Assembly: GCF_001194135.2 (NCBI RefSeq)
Contig: NC_069001.1
Coordinates: 21,709,297-21,744,897 of the forward strand
Direction: 5' to 3'
DNA: 35,601 nucleotides
Source: Octopus bimaculoides
Lineage: Eukaryota
The notes under the pieces: generated by a model
Database searches by the model: none
What the model was told of the DNA's origin: nothing
Seen by the model: only the letters and a program-made list of their open reading frames with translations
Program-made: the position numbers and the translations under genes
Part shown: positions 11,976 to 22,643 of the stretch, piece by piece
Numbering within the stretch: the first letter of the stretch is position 1
How the letters are laid out: each line of letters opens with the position of its first letter

Positions 11976-12523
11976 NNNNNNNNNNNNNNNNNNNNNNNNN
12001 NNNNNNNNNNNNNNNNNNNNNNNNNNNNNNNNNNNNNNNNNNNNNNNNNNNNNNNNNNNNNNNNNNNNNNNNNNNNNNNNNNNNNNNNNNNNNNNNNNNN
12101 NNNNNNNNNNNNNNNNNNNNNNNNNNNNNNNNNNNNNNNNNNNNNNNNNNNNNNNNNNNNNNNNNNNNNNNNNNNNNNNNNNNNNNNNNNNNNNNNNNNN
12201 NNNNNNNNNNNNNNNNNNNNNNNNNNNNNNNNNNNNNNNNNNNNNNNNNNNNNNNNNNNNNNNNNNNNNNNNNNNNNNNNNNNNNNNNNNNNNNNNNNNN
12301 NNNNNNNNNNNNNNNNNNNNNNNNNNNNNNNNNNNNNNNNNNNNNNNNNNNNNNNNNNNNNNNNNNNNNNNNNNNNNNNNNNNNNNNNNNNNNNNNNNNN
12401 NNNNNNNNNNNNNNNNNNNNNNNNNNNNNNNNNNNNNNNNNNNNNNNNNNNNNNNNNNNNNNNNNNNNNNNNNNNNNNNNNNNNNNNNNNNNNNNNNNNN
12501 NNNNNNNNNNNNNNNNGTGTATA

Positions 12524-12928
12524 GGCGCAGCGTGGCTCTATGGTAAGAAGCTTGCTTCCTAGCTACATCGTTCTGGGTTCTGTCCCACTCCGTGGTACCT
12601 TGGTAAAGTGTCTTCTACTATAGCCTCGGGCCGAACAAAGCCTTGAGTGTATTTGGTAGACAGAAACTGAAAGAAGCCCGTCGTGTATAAGTATGTTTGT
12701 TTGTGTGTGTGTGTGTGTGTGTTTGTCTCGCCCACTTTCGCTTGGCAGCCGATGTTGGTGTGTTTGCGTCCCCGTGATTTAGCGGTTGGGCAAAAGACAA
12801 GGATAGAATAAGTACTAGGCTTACAATGAATAAGTCCTGGGGTCGATTTCTTCGACTTAAGGCGGTGCTCCGGCATGGCTGCAGTCAAATGACTGAAACA
12901 GGTCAGAGAGTAAAAGAATAAAAGAATA
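12524..12928 (+). mobile_element. tRNA-derived SINE family B, near full length (tRNA head, body, internal (TG)n, 3' module, AAAGAAT tail)
   Basis: A box TGGCTCTATGG (~12533) and B-box-like GGTTCTGTCCC (~12576). Partial copies lie at 7450, 8636 and 16265. Confidence 0.9.
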
Positions 12929-13014
12929 TATATATAAACTACAAATCCTAGCATACACTTAATATATAGCTACAGCTAGAAATGATAACAACAACAACAA
13001 CAACAGCAATGATA

Positions 13015-13113
13015 AACACCTATGTGAACTTCTAACTTGTCTCTTGAGGTCTCTGGGTGAGACTTGGATCCAACTTGTACAAATGCAAAGCAAAAGTCAA
13101 ACATAAAATAATG

Positions 13114-13170
<57 letters not shown>
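13015..13170 (+). mobile_element. R4/Dong 3'-UTR-only copy plus (TAA)n tail
   Basis: Near-identical to 13356-13450, which follows an R4/Dong stop codon. Confidence 0.85.
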
Positions 13171-13449
13171 GGTGCCCTGGGAATGACATCGAAACGGGCT
13201 GATTACCACCTAGCTCAGATACCAGGAAACCCCAAAATGGCTGAAGTTCAAAAGATAGTGCTCATGGGAACTGCCCATATCCTACGTAAAATACTGTCAA
13301 TGTGATCTCAAATTTTAAAACAAACACAATCCAAATATATGGTACCCTAGGCATAACACCTACATGAACTTCTAACTTGTTGTCTCTTGAGGTCTCTGGG
13401 TGAGACTTGGATCCAACTTGTACAGATGCAAAGCAAAAGTCAAACATAA

Positions 13450-13524
<75 letters not shown>

Positions 13525-13539
13525 TATAATAATAATAAT
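13171..13539 (+). mobile_element. R4/Dong 5'-truncated copy flanked by (TAA)n on both sides
   Basis: 'GALGMTSKRADYHLAQIPGNPKMAEVQKIVLMGTAHILRKILSM*', then a 3' UTR and (TAA)n at 13451-13539. Confidence 0.9.
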
Positions 13540-14020
13540 TGCCCTGATAAATACCCTGATGCAGCACTAGGGAGTGACTCTCATGGCTCCTGATCTCAAC
13601 TGATTAGAAGTGTTATCATGTACATTGTTTTGTCATGGTGTAAAAATGGGCTACTACAAATATTCTGCTCAATACCACAGATTTGATTGTCAGTTGTTTG
13701 ACCTTAACCAGTTGAGCAAGTCCGTTGATGGCTGACGATATATGCATCTCCAATCACGAGAAGAAATAGTGGGGGAGCATCATAGCGACGTGTTGAGAGG
13801 AATTCTTTGGAGTTTGGATAATTCACCTTTGGAAATATGGGTGTTTCGTTCAACAAACTTAAACAACCCTTATTCAGTGATCTTTTGAGCGGGGTGGGCT
13901 ACTCTGACTGAAGGAAATTCTGACTGGACCCCACCTGCAAGGTCATGCGCTGTTTATCTTGATAACAGATCCCCATGTCATGCCATATGAGATCACCACG
14001 TCCTTGGGAACAGTATCAGA
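13540..14020. repeat. Unclassified interspersed repeat starting at the (TAA)n tract; possibly the 5' part of the adjacent R4/Dong element
   Basis: A GC-richer block between TAA repeats and an R4/Dong 3' end, recalled as a common octopus repeat. No clear ORF. Confidence 0.4.
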
Positions 14021-14024
14021 ATGC

Positions 14025-14252
14025 ATCAAGGGGAATATAAAGGAAATTGGAATAGAGTAGAACTGTTGCAAAAAGTTTGCCTCCTTGGCACGGCCAGAAT
14101 AATCAGGAAAGTATTAGATAGCTGAAAAGAACGAATAGCATGGTTCCGTAGGAAGCAGGTAGAGTACCCTCTACGCATGCAAAACTCCAGGAGCTCCAAA
14201 AAGAAAAAAGACATGTGATAAAGAGAAAATAATAATAGTAATAATAATAATA
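14025..14252 (+). mobile_element. R4/Dong 3' end (second subfamily) plus (TAA)n tail
   Basis: 'GEYKGNWNRVELLQKVCLLGTARIIRKVLDS*', then a distinct 3' UTR and TAA repeats. Confidence 0.85.
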
Positions 14253-14940
14253 GGCCCTGTCGGATACATTATTTGTGACCCTCTTAACCACTTCTCATAA
14301 ATTACACTAGAAGACATTATCTCTTCCTCTACCTCCTTCTTACTATTCAATGATACCTGAAAAATTTGATGAGAGTTTGGCCATATAGGCAAATGCTTGC
14401 CTTGAAAATATTCAGACGATACGCCAGACAACTTTTTTCGCTAGGGCTACCATTTTTCCTGAAATTTTAAAATCTGTGTTGAGGAGATTTACGAGTCTCA
14501 ATCTTTCGATCATGTTCCTCTTGATCGGATTCTTTCTCAGCAAGTGTCAACACATCCCGGCTAACTCTCAGTGGAAATGCTCTGTTGTAGACATCAGCAA
14601 AATCAGATGGAAAGAAATATATGAAGTGGAAATATAGTTCATATAACAAACCATTCAATCTTGGCGATTTACGCATCACGTAGCAGTTCAGTCTATCCAC
14701 CACTTCATCAATGGTGAACCGTAGTAGTAGATCTCAAAACCTGCGGTCTCAAGTCCACTGCACCATAAACCATCTGATCTGCTTGCATTTGAAGAGTTAT
14801 GGACTTAGTAATGTACTGATTTCTAGCACTGTTATCGTGCTACACCTCTACTCCACGGGCGCAATGGGCGGCTTTTGAGCTTTCATGTTTCAGCGCACGC
14901 CACAGAGCTCGTACATTGCATACTTCTGCAACTCTCACGT
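14253..14940 (-). mobile_element. Tx1/L1-type LINE ORF2 remnant with a large internal deletion
   Basis: 'RKSPRLNGLLYELY...FADVY...RVSRDVLTL' (degenerate KSPGLDGLPYELY, RT N-terminus) is joined at ~14467 to a C-terminal 'MVALAKKVVWR...YGQTLIKFFRYH..SKKEVEEEIMSSS'. Confidence 0.7.
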
Positions 14941-15951
14941 CTGAATTCACAAAATTGCAAAATATGTAGATCTTTCTGTCCTTGTTTTAAATACTGAAAT
15001 GCTTTATTGATGTGCCTTAGCCCTCTATGTTGTTGATATTATCTGTACTGCTCGATATATTTAAGTACAATTCATTTATAATTTCAATTGGTGCATGTTT
15101 CTGTACACGTGTTCTTGACGTTGCTTTTACTTCAGTTTCGGTTAATGTGATTGTGTTTTAGGTTACTATTAGTTGAGACAAATCAATCTTTAAAGAGTTT
15201 TATAATAATATGAATGAATTATAAATGAAAAGTAATCTTCTAAAAGCCCAGAATGTAATTATATGACTGTAAGAAAATGTTAACGAATAACCTATTGAAG
15301 ATAAAATAAATAATTAACAATAAATGTCTTTGATTGCCAATTATAAAATGAAATCATCGAATAAAATTAGAAATTCCAAATCACGAAATCACAAAGATAC
15401 GGTTTTTAATCTCTGAAGTGTTTCAAAATTAACAATCTACTTCCTATTATGAAATTGTGTACACGTATTCATAATATCCATTCATAGAAACATATATACA
15501 CTGATAGTGAGGGAGAAACATATTGACTGCTCTCACCTCTCTACTAATAAATGTTATATTTTTCGATAAGCATGAAATTCATTAGTTTTTTTTAATTAAT
15601 ACCGAATTTCTTCAATGTATGTTCATTGCTATTTTGTTTAGAAAGTAGTTTTTTGTCCTGACACAAGTTATTCGTTTTCATTATTTCTCCCAACTAAGAA
15701 GGGTATTTCAATCTATTAACAGGCTTTTAGTTGCAGCTTCCAGGATATAGACTCAACATTAATCTTAAACCAAATCATTGAAAACGTTCTTACGAAAATT
15801 AACAATCATAAATTAATAAAAATTTACGAAAATTACTGTTCCCTAAACTATTTATAACCCAGTTCTATACGTAAAATTTTCTGCTCACGGATCAAATTGG
15901 TGGCAAATACAGTTTATAAATGAGTACAAATATAGACAGCACAAATAATGC

Positions 15952-16030
15952 GGCGATGTGGCAGGATAATTAACACGCCGGGAAAATTGCTTGGCGGCAT
16001 TTTGACCGTCTTCACGTACTGAGTTTATCT
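15952..16030 (+). mobile_element. SINE family A, head only
   Basis: GGCGATGTGGCAGGATAATTAACACGCCGGGAAAATTGCTTGGCGGCATTTTGACCGTCTTCACGTACTGAGTTT is similar to the reverse complement of the 27830-27910 head. Confidence 0.65.
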
Positions 16031-16264
16031 CAAGGGATAGGTCTTTCCATAGCCATCAACATAAACTTCTTCACTCATAACACCTGTATGTTCTGAAAAT
16101 GTAATTTTCCACAATAAAGTGCGCTTCATATTCAAGGCTCTGGTGAAGTTATAGAGTGTTATTCTTGTACTCAACCACCAGTAAACTACAGCTTATAGCA
16201 GAAACCGTTGTAAGCTAATGAAGTTCATTACATAACATTTAGTTTTTACGGTGTTATCTCCTTG

Positions 16265-16289
16265 GTTACGCACACACACATACACAAAC

Positions 16290-16324
<35 letters not shown>

Positions 16325-16515
16325 CACAAACATATGCACACACATGCATACATATATACATATATATGTATACAAGACCCTCCTTTTAGTCTCCATCTAA
16401 CAAATCTGCTCATAGGATTTTGTTCAGCCTGAAGCAATGTAAGAAGGGACCTCGCAGTGGAACTGAAACTGGAACCATGTGGTTGGGAAGCAAATTTCCT
16501 ACCACTCAACTACGA
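16265..16515 (-). mobile_element. SINE family B, head plus body plus internal microsatellite
   Basis: The minus strand TGAGTGGTAGGAAATTTGCTTCCCAACCACATGGTTCCAGTTTCAGTTCCACTGCG...GATTTGTTAGATGGAGACT matches 12530-12690. Confidence 0.8.
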
Positions 16516-16668
16516 ATGACCCTGTATATGTTCTATATATAAACCAACTTCGTTGGTGTTAATGTAGGCCTCTGTATTATTTACAGCCATGTCTTTTAGT
16601 AAAATTATGTTTATTACACTCATATATATAAAGACATATCTTCATATATAAATCTATATATCCTTATG

Positions 16669-16699
<31 letters not shown>

Positions 16700-16702
<3 letters not shown>

Positions 16703-19700
16703 TGTATTTATGAATGTGCAGATTTGTACGCTTTATGTATGTATTCTCGTGCATATAGTTGCATATCTAGACATGCTCATATATATCCAAATGATAAACT
16801 TCTGGAAAGTTTTACAGATTTCTACAGTGATGGATTGGATCTGTAGTGTTCGAATTAGCTTTTTCCTTTCTGGTTCTGAGAAGCCTAATTTCTCAAGATT
16901 GGTATTTAGGCAGTTTGTTACATATCCCAGGGTCCCAATAATAACAGATATAAACCTGAACATGTAAACTAGATAGAGTAACTGCAGATTTCTCCAGCAT
17001 AGGTATTCTCTTTTTCACTGATCTTCAGTTTTATGTTAACATCCACTGGGCAGCTAGTTTCCACAACTGTGCATAGTTTTGTCTTCTCTATCCCAAACCA
17101 TTGTCCCAGGTCTGTTGTGCTTAGATTGAGGTCTTTACTGGTACATTCCACCAGTATTCCTTCTTATTATGAGTGTCTATGGCTTCTATCATATTGCGGG
17201 CTCTCATTTCTTTGTCCTCGGAATTATGCTTCCGACGGATCTCATTATAGAATGTCCTAGCTACAGCGTCATATCTGATCGGTAGATAATAACGAGATGA
17301 TATTTTCAGACAACTGCTTATGATGTAGGATATATCTTCAGTATGATCCCCACAAAGTCTGCATCGGTTGTCACACTTTACAGCTTTATCTGCATCTCTA
17401 TTCCTTTTGTGCATCAGGTACTTGGTTGATATTTCTTGTTTCTGGATTGCAAAGTAGGATGTAGTAATCCGGCTATTGGTCCAGGACAAACTGCTTTGAT
17501 GATCGATGTTACTATCATCTCGGAGCTTTCTACTAACATATCCATGCATAATCTTCTGCTCATATAGTTTCCTCCTTTCACCTGATGATACGTTGCGGTA
17601 GAGTTGTGCGAATTCTTTGGGTATATATTCTAGGTTATCAAAGTGTGTTGCTTAAGGACCTGCCTTCCATATCTTGTCAAGGGATGCACTTCGACATTTG
17701 GTTGTAAAAAGCTGTTGCCGAAGGGATGCGATGCGACATTCAAAGGCCTTTTGGATCGATGTTAAGCCTCTTCCCCCTTGTTTTTGTTTTAGGTAGAGGA
17801 GGTCTACATCACTGTTTGTGTGGAAATTATGCGTGCTTGTTAGTATTTTTCGGGTTTTCGCATCAATGGTTCGGAGCTCATCAAGCGTCCAATCAAACAG
17901 TCCAAATAAATGTTGGTATGAGTACTGGCACTGCAAACACATTGTGGGCCACTGTTTTATTGAATGCAGAGAATTCTGAGGTCCAAATTTTCTTTATTCG
18001 GTTGTAATATTCTTTAGTAACACGTGTTGTGTTACAGGTTCCCTTGTAAGATATATTTTCATCCACTCCTAGATACCTGTAACATTCCTCGTCAGATACA
18101 GGGGAAATGGATGGACCATTGATGGAGGTGTTACTACTCTGGTTTATAGTTTTCCCGCTTTTCACAACCATATAACAATATTTATCAGATCAGCTATGGC
18201 TCTGACTATGCTCACTGGGACTTTAGCAATTCGAAGGGCTTCTAGCATCAACGAGTGGGGAACAGAGTCAAAGGGTTTCTTGTAGTCCAGCCACATTGAA
18301 ACTAGGTTCCTCCTATGCTCTCGCACCTCTGACATCACAGTTTCGTTGATTAACAATTGCTCGGCACCTCCCCAGACTCCCTTATTCCCAGCTGCTTGTT
18401 CTGCTGTGATAATGTTTTAACATGATGTATATATCTTTTACATTAAGTTCTGGCATGCAATTGGCTGGTAGTTTTTTGCCATGTGGTTGGTTCTGCATTT
18501 GGGGTTTAATTTTTGTTTCTACCAGAGTTAACCAGTGTGGCATGCTACTGTTCCCACTACTGTTCTTGCTGGTACAGATTGATAAGATATGGTCGGTAGA
18601 ATGTTAGATTCTTGTACCAATATCCAACAATGAAGTCACTTCTAGGTGCTTTTCCATCTTGGAGTTTCTGGATCACAGTTTCAAAAGTTTCACCATCAAT
18701 ATTGTATGTCTTGGATGTAATGCAGGAGCAATAACGTTTTCGTATTCCAGCTACAGAGCATCTTGGTTAAATTCATTTTCTTCACTCCAGATTTTTCCTC
18801 CAGAAGGGGTTTATGTCTTTTTGTGAAGGAGCTTCCGTGATGTTTACTGCTCCTCCTCTCATGTCTTTGTATATTGCTGCCTGGTTGCGGTTAAATTTCT
18901 TGTTCATTGTTCTTCTCTCGGTTATTCTCTTTTGATGTCGGACTTTTTCACTGACAGCTTTCAGCTCTTGGTTTAGGGTAATCAGTTTGCATGTGAGTGT
19001 CCTCTTTTTGCTGTCTCAAACATCATTTCTATCTTCTCCTTTACTTTCTGTTGGTGAGACACATAGTGATTTGCTTGTTTGCACGAGATAAGCATTATTA
19101 TGATGTTACTTTCTTTGTTATTTCGGTTTTCTTTACTTTTTGAATATCATTCATGTACTGTTTTACAGTAGTAGCCAGAGCATATTGAGAGGCGTTAATT
19201 TGCCAGTATGTGGGTTCATTACACTGTTGTAAATACTCATCCCCAGCTTTTAATACCGTATCTGGTGGATTTTTACTTACTTTGGTCGAGAATATTCTCT
19301 CCTGGAGAGAGTCCTTCAAAGTCGAAGTTATTTTTTCTCAGAAAATTTCAGTAAGGGCACATTTCACCGGCATATAATCCTCACTATCACTACTACAATA
19401 ATTTTTGCGGTTGTACCTGCTATTTACCGTAGTCGTAGTTGGGGGACAGTGGTCAGTTACTTGGGCCAATAATGTAGTTTGGCTCGCAGACACTATAGAA
19501 TCTGTTGGAATGTTTATAGCTGCGAAACCACCTGGTGGTCTTATATCATTCACGTGTTCATTTTCGGTTATAGAGTTGAGAAGAAGGTCAATTTTCGGTT
19601 TCCTAATAAAGTTACTGTTACTAACCTTCTTCCTATGTTCTACAAATGTTGCTTGTTGGCGTAGTTGCTTCGCAGTAAAATGATTTAATTCTGGATGCAG

Positions 19701-20082
19701 GTCGTCCCAATATGATTTTAATCGTTTCATGTAACCAACAGCGGGGTTTTGTTTCGCTTTTTCGTAGCAGTTAAATAGATCATTATTCAATTCATAACTG
19801 CAAGAGAAATGAGGTTTGTAGTTATGGTTTCCTCTATAACTACAGCTAGGAAGAAATTGTTTACCTATTGAACTGTTGTTTTCCTTATGTTCCTCGATTG
19901 TGTTATTGTTGATGTTATATCCAGCCATGTTGTTTGTAGTAATTCTCTGCATGCTAAATTCAAGTTTCAGTCGGACATCACTGCGATCGTGAATAAAAGG
20001 CTCCCTCAGTTAATTCATCTGAAGGTTAACCAGTTATTTAACAAAACTGATAGTTGTGGTTCCAAAGTTGGAGATTGTCTTC
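16700..20082 (-). mobile_element. Near full-length, degenerate R4/Dong-clade non-LTR retrotransposon (single ORF: N-terminal domain, RT, CCHC, REL endonuclease), ending in (TACA)n
   Basis: N-terminus 'CYEKAKQNPAVGYMKRLKSYWDDLHPE'; RT 'WLDYKKPFDSVPHS' and 'YRYLGVDE'; 'LYLKQKQGGRGL'; 'CRLCGDHTEDISYIISSC...YDAVA'; 'KEYWWNVPVKTS..KHNRP'; 'IIGTLG'. The (CATA)n tract is at ~16660-16710. Confidence 0.92.
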
Positions 20083-21313
20083 TTCTCTTCTTCTTCTAGT
20101 CAGGTGTCGCACTATTCGATGCTGTGGTCATCACGATGTCTTGCCACCTACTCCTGTCCTCTGCCCCAGGGACAGCTGAGAATAAAGACAATCCTGTGGC
20201 TGTGATGTCTTTCAGCCAAGAAGTGGGTGGTCTGCCTCTTTTACGTCTGCCGTTCACCTTNNNNNNNNNNAGAAGTGGGTGGTCTGCCTCTTTTACGTCT
20301 GCCGTTCACCTTGCCAGTTATGATCATTCGCTCAAGTCCATCCCAGCGCATGACGTGACCAAAGAACCGTAGCATCCGCTTCATGATGTTTCGCCGAAGC
20401 GTCACCTAGCAACCGAGCTTTTCTAGTACCCAGTTGTTCGTCCTTCTCTCCGTCCACGACACTCTAAGGATTCTGCGGTAACACCACATTTCAAAAGCGT
20501 TCACTCTTTTCTCGTCTGCCTTCAACATTGTCCGCAACTCGCAGCCATACGTCGCAATAGAGAAAGCGGCAGCCCGAAGTAGCCTTATCTTCAGCAGCAT
20601 TGACACGTCACGACTCTTCCAGATGTTCTCCATATCTTGTACCGCTTGCTTTGCTATCGCGAGCCTTCTCCCAATCTCTGGTGTGCTTTATCCACTGGTG
20701 CTGATGGTGGATCTAAAGTACACAAAATCATCCACTACTTGAATCATCTCTCCGTCTACGGTGAAGTCATCTTGATCTGTCCTGTACTGATCTACCACCA
20801 AGATCTTTGTCTTCTTTTCATTCAAGAATAGGTCACTCTGTGCACTCATGTCTTTCACCTTGCGTATCATCTTCAGCAATTCGTCCTTGCTGTTACTTAT
20901 GAGGGTTGTGTCATCGGCGTATCTCAGATTGCACAGCCTTTCTCCGTCAATCTGCACACCACCATCGTAGTTCTCTTTCACCGATCTTATGATGTTTTCT
21001 GCATAGATGTTATACAAATATAGAGACAGAACACATCCCTGTCGGACACCCCTCGCAATGCCGAACCACTCAGTGTCACCGACGGACGTCCTGACAGATG
21101 ACTGTTGATCTTGATATAGTCGTGCCAACAGTGCGACTAAGTGTTCAGGAAATCCCATGTCCTCCATGACGTCCCACAGCTTGTTGTGTCTCACGCAGTC
21201 GAAGGCCTTAGAGTACTCGATGAAACACACATGATCATGGAGATAGTATTCATCGTACTTTCGAGAAATAGTCTCACACACCAAATGCGTGACTTGTCGC
21301 TTCGAATATTATG

Positions 21314-21316
<3 letters not shown>
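20083..21316 (-). mobile_element. RTE (BovB-like) LINE, 5'-truncated, with a (GAA)n tail
   Basis: 'FIEYSKAFDCVRHNKLW', 'GVRQGCVLS', 'LRYADD' and 'NAFEMWCYRRILRVSWTERRTN'. The 3' end reads ...CACCTGACTAGAAGAAGAAG. Confidence 0.95.
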
Positions 21317-21358
<42 letters not shown>

Positions 21359-21930
21359 NNNNNNNNNNNNNNNNNNNNNNNNNNNNNNNNNNNNNNNNNN
21401 NNNNNNNNNNNNNNNNNNNNNNNNNNNNNNNNNNNNNNNNNNNNNNNNNNNNNNNNNNNNNNNNNNNATATATATATATATATATAACTGAAAATTTTTG
21501 GAATCAACAAGGTGTACTTTTGGACTTTTACTTTCAATCACTACAATTGTTTCTACGCAACGTAGTTCGCCAGGCTTGTAGGCACTTGATTATGCAACCG
21601 TTTTTCATCATTATGAATTCTAGTTGTGTTTCCGTAGGCGATATGTAAATATCGTCTCTGTAATTTCAGATTCTCGACTTCAAGAGCATCCTCTCTGTCT
21701 GTCTTGGCCTGGATTTATCAGTAGCCACTGAGTTTATCAAATGTGTGTTGTTGCTGAAGGACCGTTGATAGACTTCTTGAATGTGTAGATGTAGTGGGAT
21801 GGTGTTTCTGCTACTGTTAATGTGGTCGCCGAATTGTTTCTATGTCCAGTTATAATGAAAATTAATCTGTAGAGTACAAATTTAATATTCTTAAATTATT
21901 GACTGTAATTTAAAGGTTTCAATCAGTTAA

Positions 21931-22344
21931 GCCATCATCGGACTGCGATGCATCAACAGCTACAAGTAAATAAATTGACCCCTAAAAGATTTCATTACGA
22001 AAAAGTTGACGCACCCAGTTATTAAGCTTCTAAATACTTGACTTCTCAATTTTGATGTTTACGTCGTCAAAGCAAAAGCAAGAATAACAAAATTAATTGA
22101 ACTAATAATACATCCTGTACTTACCTAACAGAGGTATGCAATTAAATAAACACATTTGCTTGCATGAATAGATTCTAACAAATAACATAACACTAAATTT
22201 AATCAATAAAATTTTCTCCATAACAACCCGTCCTAACACCTTATCACCACCCCTCTCAGACACACACACACAATGAAGACTTTGGCACAAGAAAGACTAT
22301 ATAAAACCAAAAGTAACACCAATACACCGCAGTCCGACGATGGG
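21931..22344. mobile_element. MITE with ~20-bp TIRs flanked by TTAA (piggyBac-like ends)
   Basis: TTAA|GCCATCATCGGACTGCGATG ... CACCGCAGTCCGACGATGGG|TTAA. The inverted match is 24/27 including flanks (21924-21950 vs 22325-22351). Confidence 0.7.
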
Positions 22345-22410
22345 TTAACTGGGCAAAACTTCGAAGTCATTCTTAATATTTTCGTCTATGAATAAACTAT
22401 ATGTGTGTGT

Positions 22411-22460
<50 letters not shown>

Positions 22461-22643
22461 NNNNNNNNNNNNNNNNNNNNNNNNNNNNNNNNNNNNNNNN
22501 NNNNNNNNNNNNNNNNNNNNNNNNNNNNNNNNNNNNNNNNNNNNNNNNNNNNNNNNNNNNNNNNNNNNNNNNNNNNNNNNNNNNNNNNNNNNNNNNNNNN
22601 NNNNNNNNNNNNNNNNNNNNNNNNNNNNNNNNNNNNNNNNNNN

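Noticed and set aside
11875-12562. Long ORFs spanning N runs (also 5218-5715, 21141-21648, 22386-22709, 34159-34612)
   Set aside because: They are artefacts of translating assembly gaps and microsatellites.
12524-12595. tRNA-like A/B boxes as a real tRNA gene
   Set aside because: There is no cloverleaf or anticodon arm, and the sequence continues into a SINE body.
13732-13766. CTGACGA followed by GAAA
   Set aside because: The intervening and flanking sequences do not pair into hammerhead stems.
12970-14260. Repeat-spacer alternation resembling a CRISPR array
   Set aside because: The repeats are TAA microsatellites and LINE 3' ends in a eukaryotic context, with no cas genes.
20219-20312. 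42-bp exact direct repeat around a 10-N gap in the RTE 3' region
   Set aside because: This is a typical unmerged contig-overlap artefact, not a biological duplication.
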